Of a stretch of DNA of 64,000 nt, positions 1 through 11,752 are shown one piece after another. This DNA is from the human T2T-CHM13v2.0 reference genome, Homo sapiens. Numbering within the stretch: the first letter of the stretch is position 1; each line of letters begins with the position of its first letter. The DNA lies in NCBI RefSeq assembly GCF_009914755.1, contig NC_060936.1; one strand, written 5' to 3'. The position numbers and the translations under genes were made by a program. Under the pieces are notes generated by a model, which did not search any database, was not told the DNA's origin, and was given only the letters and a program-made list of their open reading frames with translations.

Positions 1-329
1 CCTTCCAGGCTTTTGACACACTTTATTTATTTATTTATTTTTTGCCTCAAATGTAATATTTTGCCCCAGTTGGCAGCAAGTTGTTTATGTGCTTTTGAGA
101 AATGATGGGTGACTCTATTTTGAGTAATTCTGAGTAAGGGAAAACAAAGACATGTTACTTGTGCTGGGCCTTCAGGCAGCTTTTAAATAGGTCAAAACGG
201 ACAAACGCAATTCTTTAAGGACAAATTCTGATCTGCTCTCTCTATAACCAGGGAACAGTGTTTCATATTTGGACTATGGGCTTCCATCTTCAAGATCAGC
301 TCTGAATTGAATAGGGGAGTGTAGTAAGG

Positions 330-530
330 ACAGGTAAAAATGCTGTGAAGTTTTCTTGTTACTTTACAGTTGCCTTTTTCTTCTTTCAGCATTCACTTGA
401 TTACTGTAAAGCTTTGACTACTCTTTAGTGTTTTGACAATATTAATTCTGACAGTTTTACTTAATTTTTTGATGTTTCTGTGGATGAATGGGACTGTGGA
501 GTTACTTTTGCCATCATTTTTGCTCTTAGT
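330..530 (-). mobile_element. Ancient L1 5' end fragment (L1M4/L1MC-type)
   Basis: The reverse complement (aaaatgatggcaaaagtaactccacagtccc...ccacagaaacatc...aactgtcagaatt) resembles old L1M 5'UTR starts; highly diverged. Confidence 0.4.
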
Positions 531-559
531 ACTCTATATCTTTTTCGGCCAGGTGGCTG

Positions 560-3500
560 TGTAATTTTTTTGCCCACTTTCAAATTAGGATGTTTGTATT
601 CTGATTGTTGATGTGTCAGTTTTCTGTTTATTTGGAATATAAGTCTTTTATCAGATATGTCTTTTGCAACCATTTTCTCTCAGGTTTTAGCCTGTTTTTT
701 GATTCTCTCCACTGTCTCACGGAGAAGAAATTTTTTATTTACTTGAAGTTCAACTTATCAATATTTTCTTTGTGAATCATGCTTTAACCATATTTATATA
801 AAAATGTATTGGCAAACCCAGGTCACCCAGATTCTCTCGAAGCTTTATCGCTTTCCATTTCACATTTAGATGTATGGTACATTTTGAGTTAATTTTTGTA
901 AAAGGTGTCAAGTCTGTGTCTAGATTCTTTTCTTTGCATATTATAGGTCCACTTACACTAGAAACTTTTGTTGAATTGCCTTTTTTGGGGGTACTGTCTA
1001 ACATTAGTTTATATTTATGTGAGTCTTATTGCGACTTTCTATTTCATTCCATAATATATGCTCTTGATTATTATAGCTTTATAGCAAACCATGAAGTCAG
1101 GTAACGTGAGGTTTTCAAATTTGTTCTTAATATTGTGCTGGATCTTCTAGATTTTTTTTCTCCTTTTAATTTTAGAATCAATTTTTCAAAAACTACAAAT
1201 AACTTACTGGGAATTTGACTAGGATTGTGTTGAATCTATAGCTCAAGATGTAAAAAATTGGTATTTTAAGAATATTGAGTCTTCCAATCCATAAATATAA
1301 AATATATCTGCATTTATTTATTGTTAAATTTATTTTATCAGGATTTTATGGTTTTCTCTATATAGATTCTGTGTATATTTTAATGAATGTGCATGTATTT
1401 TATTTTTTTGGAATGCTTATTGTAAATTTTGCTTTTTAAAAAAATTGATCTCAAGTTCCACATATTCACTGCTGTTTTATATGAAAGCAATTACATTTGT
1501 ATGTTGAACTTGTATCTTGTGACCATGCTATATAAACTTATTTCCTGGAGTTTTTTGGTTTGTTTATTTGGGGGGGATTTTCTTCATAGACAATCACGTT
1601 ATCTGCTAGGTGAAACAGTTTTTGTTTTTCTTCCTCTCAATCTGTATAACTTTTATTTTTTCCTGTTATCTAACTCCCACTATAAATTGAATAAGACTGG
1701 TGAGAGAGGATATATTTACATTGTCCATGATCTTCAGAGAAAACCATACAGATTCTCACCATTAAATATAATATTAGTTGTAAGGTTTTTGTAGATATTC
1801 TTTATCAAGTTGAAAAAGTTCTCCTCTATTTTTATTTGCTAAGATATTTTATGATAAATAAATCAGATTTTTTTCAAATGCTTTTTCTCCACCAATTTTT
1901 TTTTCTTGAGCCTATTGATATGGTGGACTGTAGTGATTTTGTAATTGAACTAGCCATGTATATCTGGAATAAATCTGATATAATGGTGGTGTATAATTCT
2001 TTTATAGATTGTTGGATAAGATTTGCTAATATTTTATTGAGGGTTTTGCACCTGTTATTAAAACAGATATTGGTATGCAATTTTCCTCCTGTTAAATGTT
2101 TATTTAGTTCCATTATTTCGGTGATGGTAGCCCCATAGAATGAGTTAGAAGTGTTTCCTCTGAGTCTTTGGAAGAGATGTTGGTAAATGGCTATAATTTA
2201 TTTATTAAAGAGAATTCACTGGTAGATTTTACCAGTGAAATTATCTGAGTCTGCTGCTTTGTTTTTTTTCCTTAGGTTATTAATTATTTAACTTCTTTAA
2301 TAATATAGGCCAATCATGTAATTTCCTCAATTTTATTTAATGATATAGGTCAATTATTTAATATTTTTAATGATAGTGGCCATTTAGGTTACTTATTTCT
2401 CCTTGTCTTTATCTTAGTAGTTTGCATCTTTTAAAAAGGTGGTCTATTTTGCCTAAGTTACAAAATTTTGTGGGCATAGTGGTGTTTATAGTATTTCTTT
2501 ATTATTCTTTTAACATCCAGGTGGTACGTAGTGGTGATCTCTTTTTCTCTTCTGTAGTCAGCAATTTGTGTCTTCTCTCTCTTACTTTTGGTTGGACTAC
2601 CTGGCTGGAAATTTGTCAATGTTATTGATCTTTCAAAGAACTAGCTTTTGTTTTTTGTGTGATTTATTCTATTGATTTTTTAGTTTACAATTTTATTGAA
2701 TTCTGATGAAGTTTATATTATTTCTTTGTGTTCTATTTGCTTTAGGCTAATATTGCCCTTATTGCCCTTTCTTTGCTAGTCTTCTCAAGCATAAGCTTAT
2801 GTTATTAATTTAAGAGGTACCATATATTCTAATATACACATTTTAATTTCTGTCAAAGTAATGCTATTGCTGCATCCCACACATTTTATTAAGTTGTACT
2901 TTTATTTTCATTTAGTTCAACATATTTTAAAATATCACTTGAGGCTTATTTGACCAAAATGTTACCTACAGAAATATTGTTTAATTTCCAAATATGTGAG
3001 GATTTTTAAGCTATTATTTGTTATTGATTTCTAGTTTGATTCCAGTGTGGTTTGAGAATATACTTTGTATAAATTTCTATTCATTGATGAGTGCTTTACA
3101 TGAGCTTGAGAAGAATATATTCTGTTGTTGGATGGAGTATTCTGTAAATGTTAACTGGATTGAGTTAACTGAGAGTGTTGTTTAGGTAAACTGTATACTT
3201 ACTAATTTTCTTGTCTGCTTGTTCTATCTACCTGTTACAGAGGGGTAAAGAGGTATCCAACTAAAATACTGGATTAATCTATTTCTTTTTGCAGTTAGTC
3301 AGTTTTTGCTTCAAGTGTTGATACTCTGTGTTTAGGTACATATACATTAAAGATTGTTCAGTGTCCTCTTGAGGAAACAACCTTTTTATTTTTATGTAAC
3401 GCCCTTCTTTATTCTTGATTCTTATTGTAAAGTCGGCTTTGTCTGAAATCAATATAGGCCCTTTTAAAATTAGTGTTAGCATGGTGTATTTTTTGCCATC

Positions 3501-4395
3501 TCTTTTCTTCTAACGTATTTGAGTTTTTATATTTAAGTGAATTTCTCATAAATCTCGTGGTGGTGTTTTTCTTTTTCCCCTCTAATTATTTCTATCTTTT
3601 AATTAGTATATTTAGACAATTCACACTCAAAGTGATTGTTTTTATGTTGGATCAATATCTGCCATATTTGTAACTATTTCTTTATGCGGTGCTATTTCTT
3701 TGTTGCTTTTTTCTAATCTTTTTTTCCCCTTCTTTGGCTATAATTGAGCATTTCATTTTCTCTCATATCCCATATCAATTACATTTCTTTATAAATTTTA
3801 GTAGTGGTTACGCTAGAATTTGTCATATACATGTTTAACTAATCTAAGGTCACTTTCAAGTAACACTATACCACTTCATGAATGGTGCAGGTAACTTATA
3901 ATAGAGCATTCCCAATTCCTCCCTCCCATCGTTTATGTCATTGCTGTCATTCATTTTACTAATCTATATGCTATAATTCAGTGCATGGCTACTATTATAA
4001 TTTTTAAAAATTATATCAGTTAAGATTGAAAAAAATAAAAGATTGCATTTTACTTTTCTTTATTCTTTTTCCAAGGCTTTTCCTTAAAAAAAATGGATTG
4101 AATTTCTACTCTATATCATTTTCCTTCTCTCCAAATAACTTCTTGTTCTTACATTTCTTGTGGGTCAGGTGTGTTGGCAATGAATTCCCTTAGTTTTTGT
4201 TTGTTTAATAGAGTCCTTAATTTTTGTTTGTCTAAGAGAATCGTTAGAGAATTTGTTGAGCATTTGTATTTTTCCTTCAGTTTAAATAATTTTACTGCAT
4301 ATAGAAATCTAAATAGGTGGCTTATTTCTTTCAGCAATTTAAATATTTCACTTCACTCTTCTTGCTTGCTTTCTGAGAGGAAGTCTACTAGAATT
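560..4395 (-). mobile_element. Ancient L1M (L1MC/MD-age), ORF2 portion, segment 1
   Basis: T-rich antisense L1 sequence. Minus-strand peptides resemble ORF2p (TDLTPFTKINSK, KTLNKILANLIQQSIK, ILISDKADF, LNKQKLREFI). Continues after 18466. Confidence 0.8.
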
Positions 4396-4900
4396 CTTTT
4401 TATTTCTTTTTTTTAAAAAAATTATTTCAATAGTTTTTGGGGAACAGGTAGTTTTAGTTATATGGATAAGTTCTTTAATGGCAATTTCTGAGATTTTGGT
4501 GCACCTGTCACCCAGGGAGTGTACACTATACCCAATGTGTAGTCTCCCATCCCTCACTCCACTCCCATCCTTCTTCCTCAGTCCCCAAAGTCCATTATAT
4601 CATTCCTATGCCTTTGCAGTCTCACAACTTAGTTTCCAGTGTAAGTGAGAATGTGCTATATTTGGTTTTCCATTCCTGAGTTAGTTCACTTGGAATAATG
4701 GTTTCCAGTTGCATCCAAGTTGCTGAAAATGTCATTATTTCATGTTTTTAATGGCTGAGTAGTATTCCGTGGTGTATATATACTACATTTTCTTTATCCA
4801 CTCATTGGCCAATGGACATTTATGTTGGTTCCATATTTTTGCAATTTTGAATTGTGCTGCTATCAACATGCATGTACAGGTATACTTTTCATATAATAAC

Positions 4901-5385
4901 TGTCAGGCCTCTGAGCCCAAGCCAAGCCATCGCATCCCCTGTGATCTGCACGTATATGCCCAGATGGCCTGAAGTAACTAAAGAATCACAAAAGAAGTGA
5001 ATATGCCCTGCCCCACCTTAACTGATGACATTCCACCACAAAAGAAGTGTAAATGGCCGGTCCTTGCCTTAATTGATGACGTTACCTTGTGAAAGTCCTT
5101 TTCCTGGCTCATCCTGGCTCAAAAAACACCCCCACTGAGCACCTTGTGACCCCCCACTCCTGCCCACTGAGCACCTTGCGACCCCCACTCCTACCCGCCA
5201 GAGAACAAACCCCCTTTGACTGTAATTTTCCTTTACCTACCCAAATCCTATAAAACGGCGCCACCCTTATCTCCCTTCACTGACTCTCTTTTCGGACTCA
5301 GCCCGCCTGCACCCAGGTGAAATAAACAGCCATGCTGCTCACATAAAGCCTGTTTGGTGGTCTCTTCACAAGGACGCGCATGAAA
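4901..5385 (+). mobile_element. Solo HERV-H LTR, LTR7Y-like
   Basis: Runs tgtcaggcctctgagccc...cgcgcatgaaa. LTR7Y-type U3 (gccaagccatcgcatcc, gaagtaact.aagaatcacaaaag, atatgccctgccccacc). TATAAAA 5249-5255, AATAAA 5321-5326. Perfect 5-bp TSD ATAAC (4896-4900, 5386-5390). Confidence 0.93.
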
Positions 5386-5870
5386 ATAACTTCTTTTCCT
5401 TTGGGTAGATACCTCAGTACTGGAATTTCTGGGTTCAAATTGTAGTTCTACTTTAAATTCTTTAAGGAGCCTCCATACTGTTTTTTATAGTGGTTTTACT
5501 AGTTTGCATTCTCACTAGCAGTGTAGAAGTGTTCCCTTTTCACCACATCCATGCCAACATCTATTATTTTTTGATTTTTAAATTATGGCCATTCTTGCAG
5601 GAGTAAGGTGGTATCTCACTATGGTTTTAATTTCATTTCCTTGATAATTAGTGATGTTGATAATGTTTTCATATATTTGCTGGCCATTTGTATATCTTCT
5701 TTTGAGAATTGTCTAGTCATGACCTTTGCCCACTTTTTGATGGGGTTATTAGTTTTTATCTTGCTTATTTGTTTGAGTTCCTTGTAGATTCTGCATTTTA
5801 GTCCTTTGTCTGAGGCATAGTTTGAAAATATTTTCTCCCTCTCTGTGGGTTGTCTTTTTACTCTGCTGAT

Positions 5871-6284
5871 TTTCACTCGTGTCTGTGTGAAGAGACCACC
5901 AAACAGGCTTTGTGTGAGCAACAAGGCTGTTTATTTCACCTGGTTGCAGGCGGGCTGAGTCCGAAAAGAGAGTCAGTGAAGGGAGATAGGGGTGGGGCAG
6001 TTTTATAGGATTTGGGTAGGTAAATGAAAATTACAGTCAAAGGGGGGTTGTTCCCTGGCAGGCAGGAGTGAGGGTCACAAGGTGCTCAGTAGGGGAGCTT
6101 TTGAGCCAGGATGAGCCAGGAGAAGGAATTTCACAAGTTAATGTCATCAGTTAAGGCAGGAACAGGCCACTTTCATTTCTTTTGTGGTGGAATGTCATCA
6201 GTTAAGGCAGGAACTGGCCATCTGGGTGTGTACGTGCAGGTCACAGGGGATATGATGGCTTAGCTTGGGCTCAGAGGCCTGACA
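5871..6284 (-). mobile_element. HERV-H 3' LTR (LTR7)
   Basis: Reverse complement runs TGTCAGG...GAGTGAAA, with two aactgatgacatt repeats, a TATA and a poly(A) signal. Preceded on minus by the PPT aagaagacaggaa (6285-6297). Confidence 0.95.
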
Positions 6285-7116
6285 TTCCTGTCTTCTTATA
6301 TTAATAAGAAAAATAAAACAAAATAATGGTAAAGTGTTGGGAAAATTTTGGGGGATGGTATGGAGAGATAATGGGTGATGTTTCTCAGGGCTGCTTCGAG
6401 CGGGATTAGGGGCGGTGTGGGAACCTAGAGTGGGAGAGATTAAGCTGAAGGAAGATTTTGTGGTAAGGAGTGATATTGTGGGACTGTGAGAAGAAACGTT
6501 TGTCATTTAGAATTATTGGTGATGGCCTGGATATGGTTTTGTATGAATTGAAAAACTAAATGGAATAAGAGAAGGAGAAAAACAGGTATTAAAGGTCTAA
6601 GAATTGGGAGGACCCAGGACATCTGATTAGAGAGTGACTAAGGAGATTCAGCATAGTCCTGCCAGCAAAGATTATTTATTTGCTTCAAGAGTTAAGAGTG
6701 GCAGTTTGGGGATAGCACTAGGAGATATCAGCTGTGGTGGCTTGGAGAAACAGTGTAAAACGGCAGTGTAAACAAGAGCAGGGCATGTATGAGGTAGTTG
6801 AGAATGGTGAATAGGAGTATGACTAGACAGAAGATAGTAGGGATGACAAGTTTTTTGGGGCACAGTCCAAGTTGGTCTGGTGTCTGAAATGAGACTGGGG
6901 CCTAATAAAAAGGAGCATCTATACAAGAGCTTAAATGGGCTGTACCTTGTAGCATTCTGAGGACAGGCCCGAATTCTGAGAAAGGCAAGTGGTAAAAGTA
7001 TTGTCCAGTCCTTTTTAAGTTGGTGGCTGTGTTTTTAAAAGACTGTTTGTCCGTTCTACTTTTCCTGATGATTGAGGATGGTAAGTGATATAAAGATTTC
7101 ATTGAATACCAAGAGC

Positions 7117-7916
7117 CTAAAAAACTGGTTGGGTGATTTGACTAATAAAGGCTGGTCTGCTATCGGACTGTATAGAGGTGGGAAGGCCAAACCGAGGAAT
7201 TATGTCTGACAGAAGGGAAGAAATGACTGTGGTGGCCTTCTCAGCCCTGTGGGAAAGGCCTCTACCTATCCATTGAAAGTGTCTACTCAGACTAAGAGAT
7301 ATTTTAATTTCCTGACTTGAGGAATGTGAGTAAAGCCAATTTGCCAGTCCTGGGCAGGGGCAAATCCCCGAGCTTGATGTGTAGGAAAGGAAGGGGGCGT
7401 GAGGAATCCCTGAGAAGTAGTAGAATAACAGATGGAACACTGGAAAGTTATTTCCTTGAGGATAGATTTTCACGATGGAAAGGAAATGAGAGGTTCTAAG
7501 AGGCAGGCTCGTGGCTTGTGCTATAGCATAGCCTGCCTTTCTGGTGTGTGGCGATTAGGCCTGGTGGAACTGCCATCAATAAACTGAGCGTGATCAGGGT
7601 GAGGAACAGGAAAGAAGGAAATATGAGGAAATGGGGTGAATGTCAGGTGGATCAGAGAGATACAGTCATGGGGATCAGGTGTGGTATCAGGAATAATGTG
7701 GGAGGCCAGATTGAAGTCCAGGCCAGGAACGATGGTAATTGTGGGAGACTCAACAAAGAGTGAGTACAGCTGAAGGAGCTGGGGAGCAGGAAGTATATGC
7801 ATCAGGTGTGAGGAAGAAAATAGATTTTGGAAGTTATGAGAACTGTAGAGAGTGAGTTGAGTATAGTTTGTGATTTTAAGGGCCTCTAAAAGTATCAGGG
7901 CGTCAGCGGCCACCAC
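7117..7916 (-). pseudogene. HERV-H pol relic: RNase H and integrase fragments
   Basis: FIDGSS (RNase H) and IIPRFGLPTSIQSDSRPAFISQITQ (integrase core); frames are broken. Confidence 0.85.
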
Positions 7917-8287
7917 ACACAGACTTGAGGGCTAGGCAAAAACAGTAAGGTCGAGTTGTTTGGATAAAAAGGCTACAGGGTGCGGTTCCAGTTCTTGTGT
8001 AAGAATTCTGACTGCACACCCCTGCACTTTGGCTGTGGGTAACGAAAAGGGTTGGGATGAATCAGGGAGAGCTAGGGTGAGGGCAGTCTCTAAGGCTGTC
8101 TTCAAGGAATGGGAAGAGGAGTGGGGAAAGGATTTAGGATCTATGGGGTCAGCTAGATTTCCTTTTGTGAGTTTATATAATGGTTTTGTCAGGATGGCAA
8201 AACCAGATATCTAAAGTCGAAAGTATCTAACCATGCCTAGGAAGGAAAGGAGTTGTTGTTTTGTAGAAGGGATTGGGGTTTGGGAGA

Positions 8288-8611
8288 TTAGCCAGACACA
8301 ATCAGTAGGGAGAGCACATGTGTTTTTTTGAGAATTATGATGAGATAGGTAACAGATGAGGAAGAAATTTGGGCTTGACTGAAGTAATGGGGGCTGCCTG
8401 TGAAGACTTGCAGCAGTACAGCCCAGGTAATTTGCTGAGCCTGATGGGTGTCAGGGTCAGTCCAAGTGAAAGTGAAGAGAGGCTGGGATGAAGGGTGCAA
8501 AGGAATAGTAAAGAAAGCATGTTTGAGATCTAGAACAGAATAATGGATTGTGGAGGGAGGTATTGAGGATAGGAGAGTATATGGGTTTGGCACCATGGGG
8601 CGGATAGGCAA
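8288..8611 (-). pseudogene. HERV-H reverse transcriptase relic
   Basis: VPNPYTLLSSIP...VLDLKHAFFTIPLHPSSQPLFTFTW. The LPQG motif has decayed to LLQV and no YxDD follows. Confidence 0.9.
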
Positions 8612-8886
8612 AACAATTCGGTTGATAAGGCGCAGATCTTGAACTAACGTGTGAGCCTTGTCTGGTTTTAGGACAGGTGAAATGGGGAAATTGTAAGGGG
8701 AGTTTACAGGCTTTAAAAGGCCATGCTGTAGTAGGTGAGTGATAACAGGCTTTAATCTTTTTAAAGCATGATGTGGGATGGGATATTGGTATTGAGGGGG
8801 GGTAAGGGTGATTAGGTTTTAATGAGATTGTAAGGGGTGCATGATCAGTTGCCGAGGAGGGAGTAGAGGTACCTTATACTTGTGGG

Positions 8887-9207
8887 TTAAGGTGGGGGGA
8901 TACTAGAGGAGGATGCGAAGGAGGTTTTGACCTGGGGAAAAGGGCAGCAATGAGGTGTGGCTGTAGCTAATAAGGGAACTGGGCAGGTGGGGATAATTAA
9001 AAAAGAGTGCATAAAAGAATGTTTTCTAAGTTGGCAACAGAGTTGGGGAGTTTTAAGAGGTTTAGAAGCCTGGCCGTCAATACCCATGACAGTTATGGTG
9101 GCAAGGGAAACAGGCCCTTGAAAAGAAGGTAATGTGGAGTGGGTAGCCTCTGTATTGACTAAGAAGGGGATGGACTTACCCTCCACTGTGAGAGTTACCC
9201 AGAGCAT
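8887..9207 (-). pseudogene. HERV-H protease relic
   Basis: VTLTVEGKSIPFLVNTEATHSTLP: the catalytic DTGA reads NTEA. Confidence 0.85.
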
Positions 9208-9349
9208 CTGTGATGGTCCTGTAGGCTTCCGAGGTGATTGGGCAGTGTTCAGTCTTCAGCTGCTAAGCCAAGAAGATCTGGGAAGGAGTCAGAGAGCCTT
9301 GGGCCAGAGTTCCAGGGACTCTGGGGGTGGCTGCCAGGTGAGTTGAACA

Positions 9350-9454
9350 GTCTGATTTTCAGTGGGGTCCTGCACAGATGGGACGTGGCTTACGAGGAAT
9401 CCTGGGCTGTGGGCATTCCTTGGCCCAGTGGCCAGATTTCTGGCACTTGTAGCA
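9350..9454 (-). pseudogene. HERV-H gag nucleocapsid zinc-knuckle relic
   Basis: My translation of 9454-9413 gives CYKCQKSGHWAKEC (CX2CX4HX4C). The second knuckle (..RPICAGPH*KSDC) contains a stop. Confidence 0.85.
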
Positions 9455-10530
9455 GGCTCCTGGGGGAGGAGGTTCTGGAGGAACCCCTGACAGCTGTGGT
9501 TCAGGCATTTGGAGTTCTTATGTGCTGGAGATGTGGCTGGGGTTTGTCTCACAGTGGAGGCAAGGAATTGCAACTCAGAAATACATTGCTACTTGGCTGC
9601 CTCTCCTCTATTATTGTACACCTTGAAGGTGAGGTTAAGTCTTGTTGTGGGGTTTGAGGGCTGGAATTTAATTTTTGGAGTTTTATTTAATGTCAGGAGT
9701 GGATTGGTTGATAAAATGTATATTCAGAATAAGACTGTCTTTTGACCTTTTAGGGTCTAGGGCCGTAAAGCGTCTCAGGGTTGCTGCTGAACGAGCCATG
9801 AACTGGGCTAGGTTTTTCATATTTGATGAAAGAGCCTAAATGCTAACTGATTTGGGAGAGGTCAGATAAAGAAAAAGGAGCACTAACCTTGACTATGCCT
9901 TTAGCTTCAGCCACCTTTTTAAGAGGAAATTGCTGGGCAGGTAGGGGAGGGCTAGTCACGGAACGAAACTGTAAGCTGGACCGGGTGTGAGGAGGGGAGG
10001 TGATAAAAGGATTATAGGGTTGGGGAGTAGAGGCTGAGGAAGAATTGGGACCTAGCTCGGCCTGGTGAGGAGCAGCCTGGGGAGGAGGGGAGAGGTCAGA
10101 TGGGTCTGTAGAAAAGGAAGATTAGAAAGACTCAGTAACACTTGGGGTTGGGACTGAGAGAACATGTGGAAGGGGAAAAAGGATAATTTGGGACGAGTCA
10201 CATTGAGAACAGAGAGTAGGGAGGGACCGATGTGTAAAAGAATGACTGGATGTCAGGCATCTCAGACCGTTTGCCCATTTTAAGACAAGAATTATCTAGA
10301 TCTTGTAGGATGGAAGAATCAAAAGTGCCATTTTCTGGCCATTTAGAGCCATTGTCAAGTTTGTATTGGGGTCAAGCAGCATTGTAGAAGAAAATAAGGC
10401 GTTTAGGTTTTAGGTCAGGTGTGAGTTGAAGAGGTTTTAAGTTCTTGAGAACACAGGCTAAGGGAGAAGAGGGAGGAATGGAGGGTGGAAGGTTACCCAT
10501 AGTGAAGGAGGCAAGCCCAGAAAAAAGAGA

Positions 10531-10902
10531 GTAGAGACACGGAGAGAAGGGGTTGGGTGGGGGGTTCTTGCCCTCCAGAGAAGCGGAGAAGGGGTAGAGA
10601 CATGGAGAGAAGGGGTCGGGGGGTTCTTGTCCCCTAGAAAAGCAGTATTTGCTGCTAAGGTTGAAGGAGAAGGGGTTAGGGGGTTCTTGCCCCACAGAAA
10701 AGTGGAAAAGGGGTAGAGACATGGAGAGAAGGGTTCGGGGGGTTCTTGCCCCCTAGAAAAGCGGTACTTGCCACTAAGGATGAAGAAGGGGTTGGGGGGT
10801 TCTTGACCCCCAGAAAAGCAGAGAAGGGGTACAGACATGGAGATAAGGGGTTGGGGGGTTCTTGCCCCCCAGAAAAGTGGTATCTGCCACTAAGGGTGAA
10901 GG
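10531..10902. repeat. Tandem array of alternating ~59-bp units in the HERV-H leader
   Basis: Six ggttcttg..c..agaaaag-type starts at ~10563, 10622, 10682, 10741, 10798 and 10857, alternating A and B types. Confidence 0.9.
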
Positions 10903-11185
10903 ACCAAGGCAGGCATCCCCGTGTGGTCAGGCACCTCTGAAATGTGGGTGAATAATCAGGCAGGCATCCCTGCGTGATTAAACACCAAGGGAAGACTGTC
11001 TTCCCAAGTCCGTGACTGGCACCGAAGTTTTGGGTCCACGGATAAAACACATCTCCTTCGTCTCTACCAGAAAAGGAAAGGAACTGAAATTAAGAGAAGG
11101 GAAAGATTGAAGTGTGGCACCAAGATTGAAAGGAGGAAGAGGTTGAGAGATAGTGAGAGAGGTCGGAGAAGAGAGTAAAAAGAGG

Positions 11186-11196
11186 CCACTTACTGG
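11186..11196 (-). promoter_or_regulatory. HERV-H major splice donor (variant)
   Basis: Minus strand ttttaaatcca|GTAAGTgg, ~150 nt downstream of the 5' LTR; the -1 position is A rather than G. Confidence 0.6.
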
Positions 11197-11319
11197 ATTT
11201 AAAATTGGTGAGATGTTCCTTGGGCTGGTTGGTCTGAGGACCAGAGGTCGTAGGTGGATCTTTCTCATGGAACAAACAGCAGGAGGACAGGGGATTGATC
11301 TCACAAGGGAGGTCCCCCA

Positions 11320-11337
11320 ATCCAAGTCACCGCACCA
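11320..11337 (-). promoter_or_regulatory. Primer binding site, tRNA-His
   Basis: TGGTGCGGTGACTTGGAT, 2 nt from the 5' LTR; two mismatches to TGGTGCCGTGACTCGGAT. Confidence 0.9.
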
Positions 11338-11339
11338 AA

Positions 11340-11752
11340 TTTCACTCGTGTCCATGTGAAGAGACCACCAAACAGTCTTTGTGTGAGCAACAAGGCTATT
11401 TATTTCACCTGGGTGCAGGCGGGCTGAGTCCGAAAAGAGAGTCAGCAAAGGGAGATGGGGTGGGGCCATTTTATAGGATTTGGGTAGGTAAACAAAAATT
11501 ACAGTCAAAGGGGGGTTGTTCTCTGGCGGGCAGGAGTGGGGGTCACAAGGTGCTCAGTAGGGGAGCTTTTGAGCCAGGATGAGCCAGGAGAAGGAATTTC
11601 ACAAGATAATGTCATCAGTTAAGGCAGAAACAGGCCGTTTTCTTTTCTTTTGTGGTGGAATGTCATCAGTTAAGGCAGGAACTGGCCATCTGGATGTGTA
11701 TGTGCAGGTCACAGGGGATATGATGGCTTAGTTTGGGCTCAGAGGCCTGACA
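11340..11752 (-). promoter_or_regulatory. HERV-H 5' LTR (LTR7), promoter facing lower coordinates
   Basis: About 95% identical to 5871-6284; TATA (cctataaaa on minus) at 11469-11477; adjacent to the PBS. Confidence 0.95.

Larger units (their letters stand above)
5871..11752 (-). mobile_element. HERV-H provirus (LTR7-int-LTR7), common ~5.8-kb deleted, env-less form
   Basis: Two LTR7, tRNA-His PBS, PPT and gag/pro/pol relics. Perfect TSD CTGAT (5866-5870, 11753-11757). Confidence 0.97.

Noticed and set aside
10531-10902. CRISPR-like repeat/spacer appearance
   Set aside because: The apparent spacers are themselves repeated (ABABAB), the context is a primate ERV, and there are no cas genes.
10372-11508. 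Several overlapping 116-176 aa ORFs with repeated GQEPPNPFS motifs
   Set aside because: They are a by-product of the stop-poor tandem repeat and LTR/leader sequence, with no coding evidence.
4901-11752. LTR7Y as a third LTR or rearranged part of the provirus
   Set aside because: It has the opposite strand, a different subtype and its own TSD, with colinear L1 between; it is an independent insertion.
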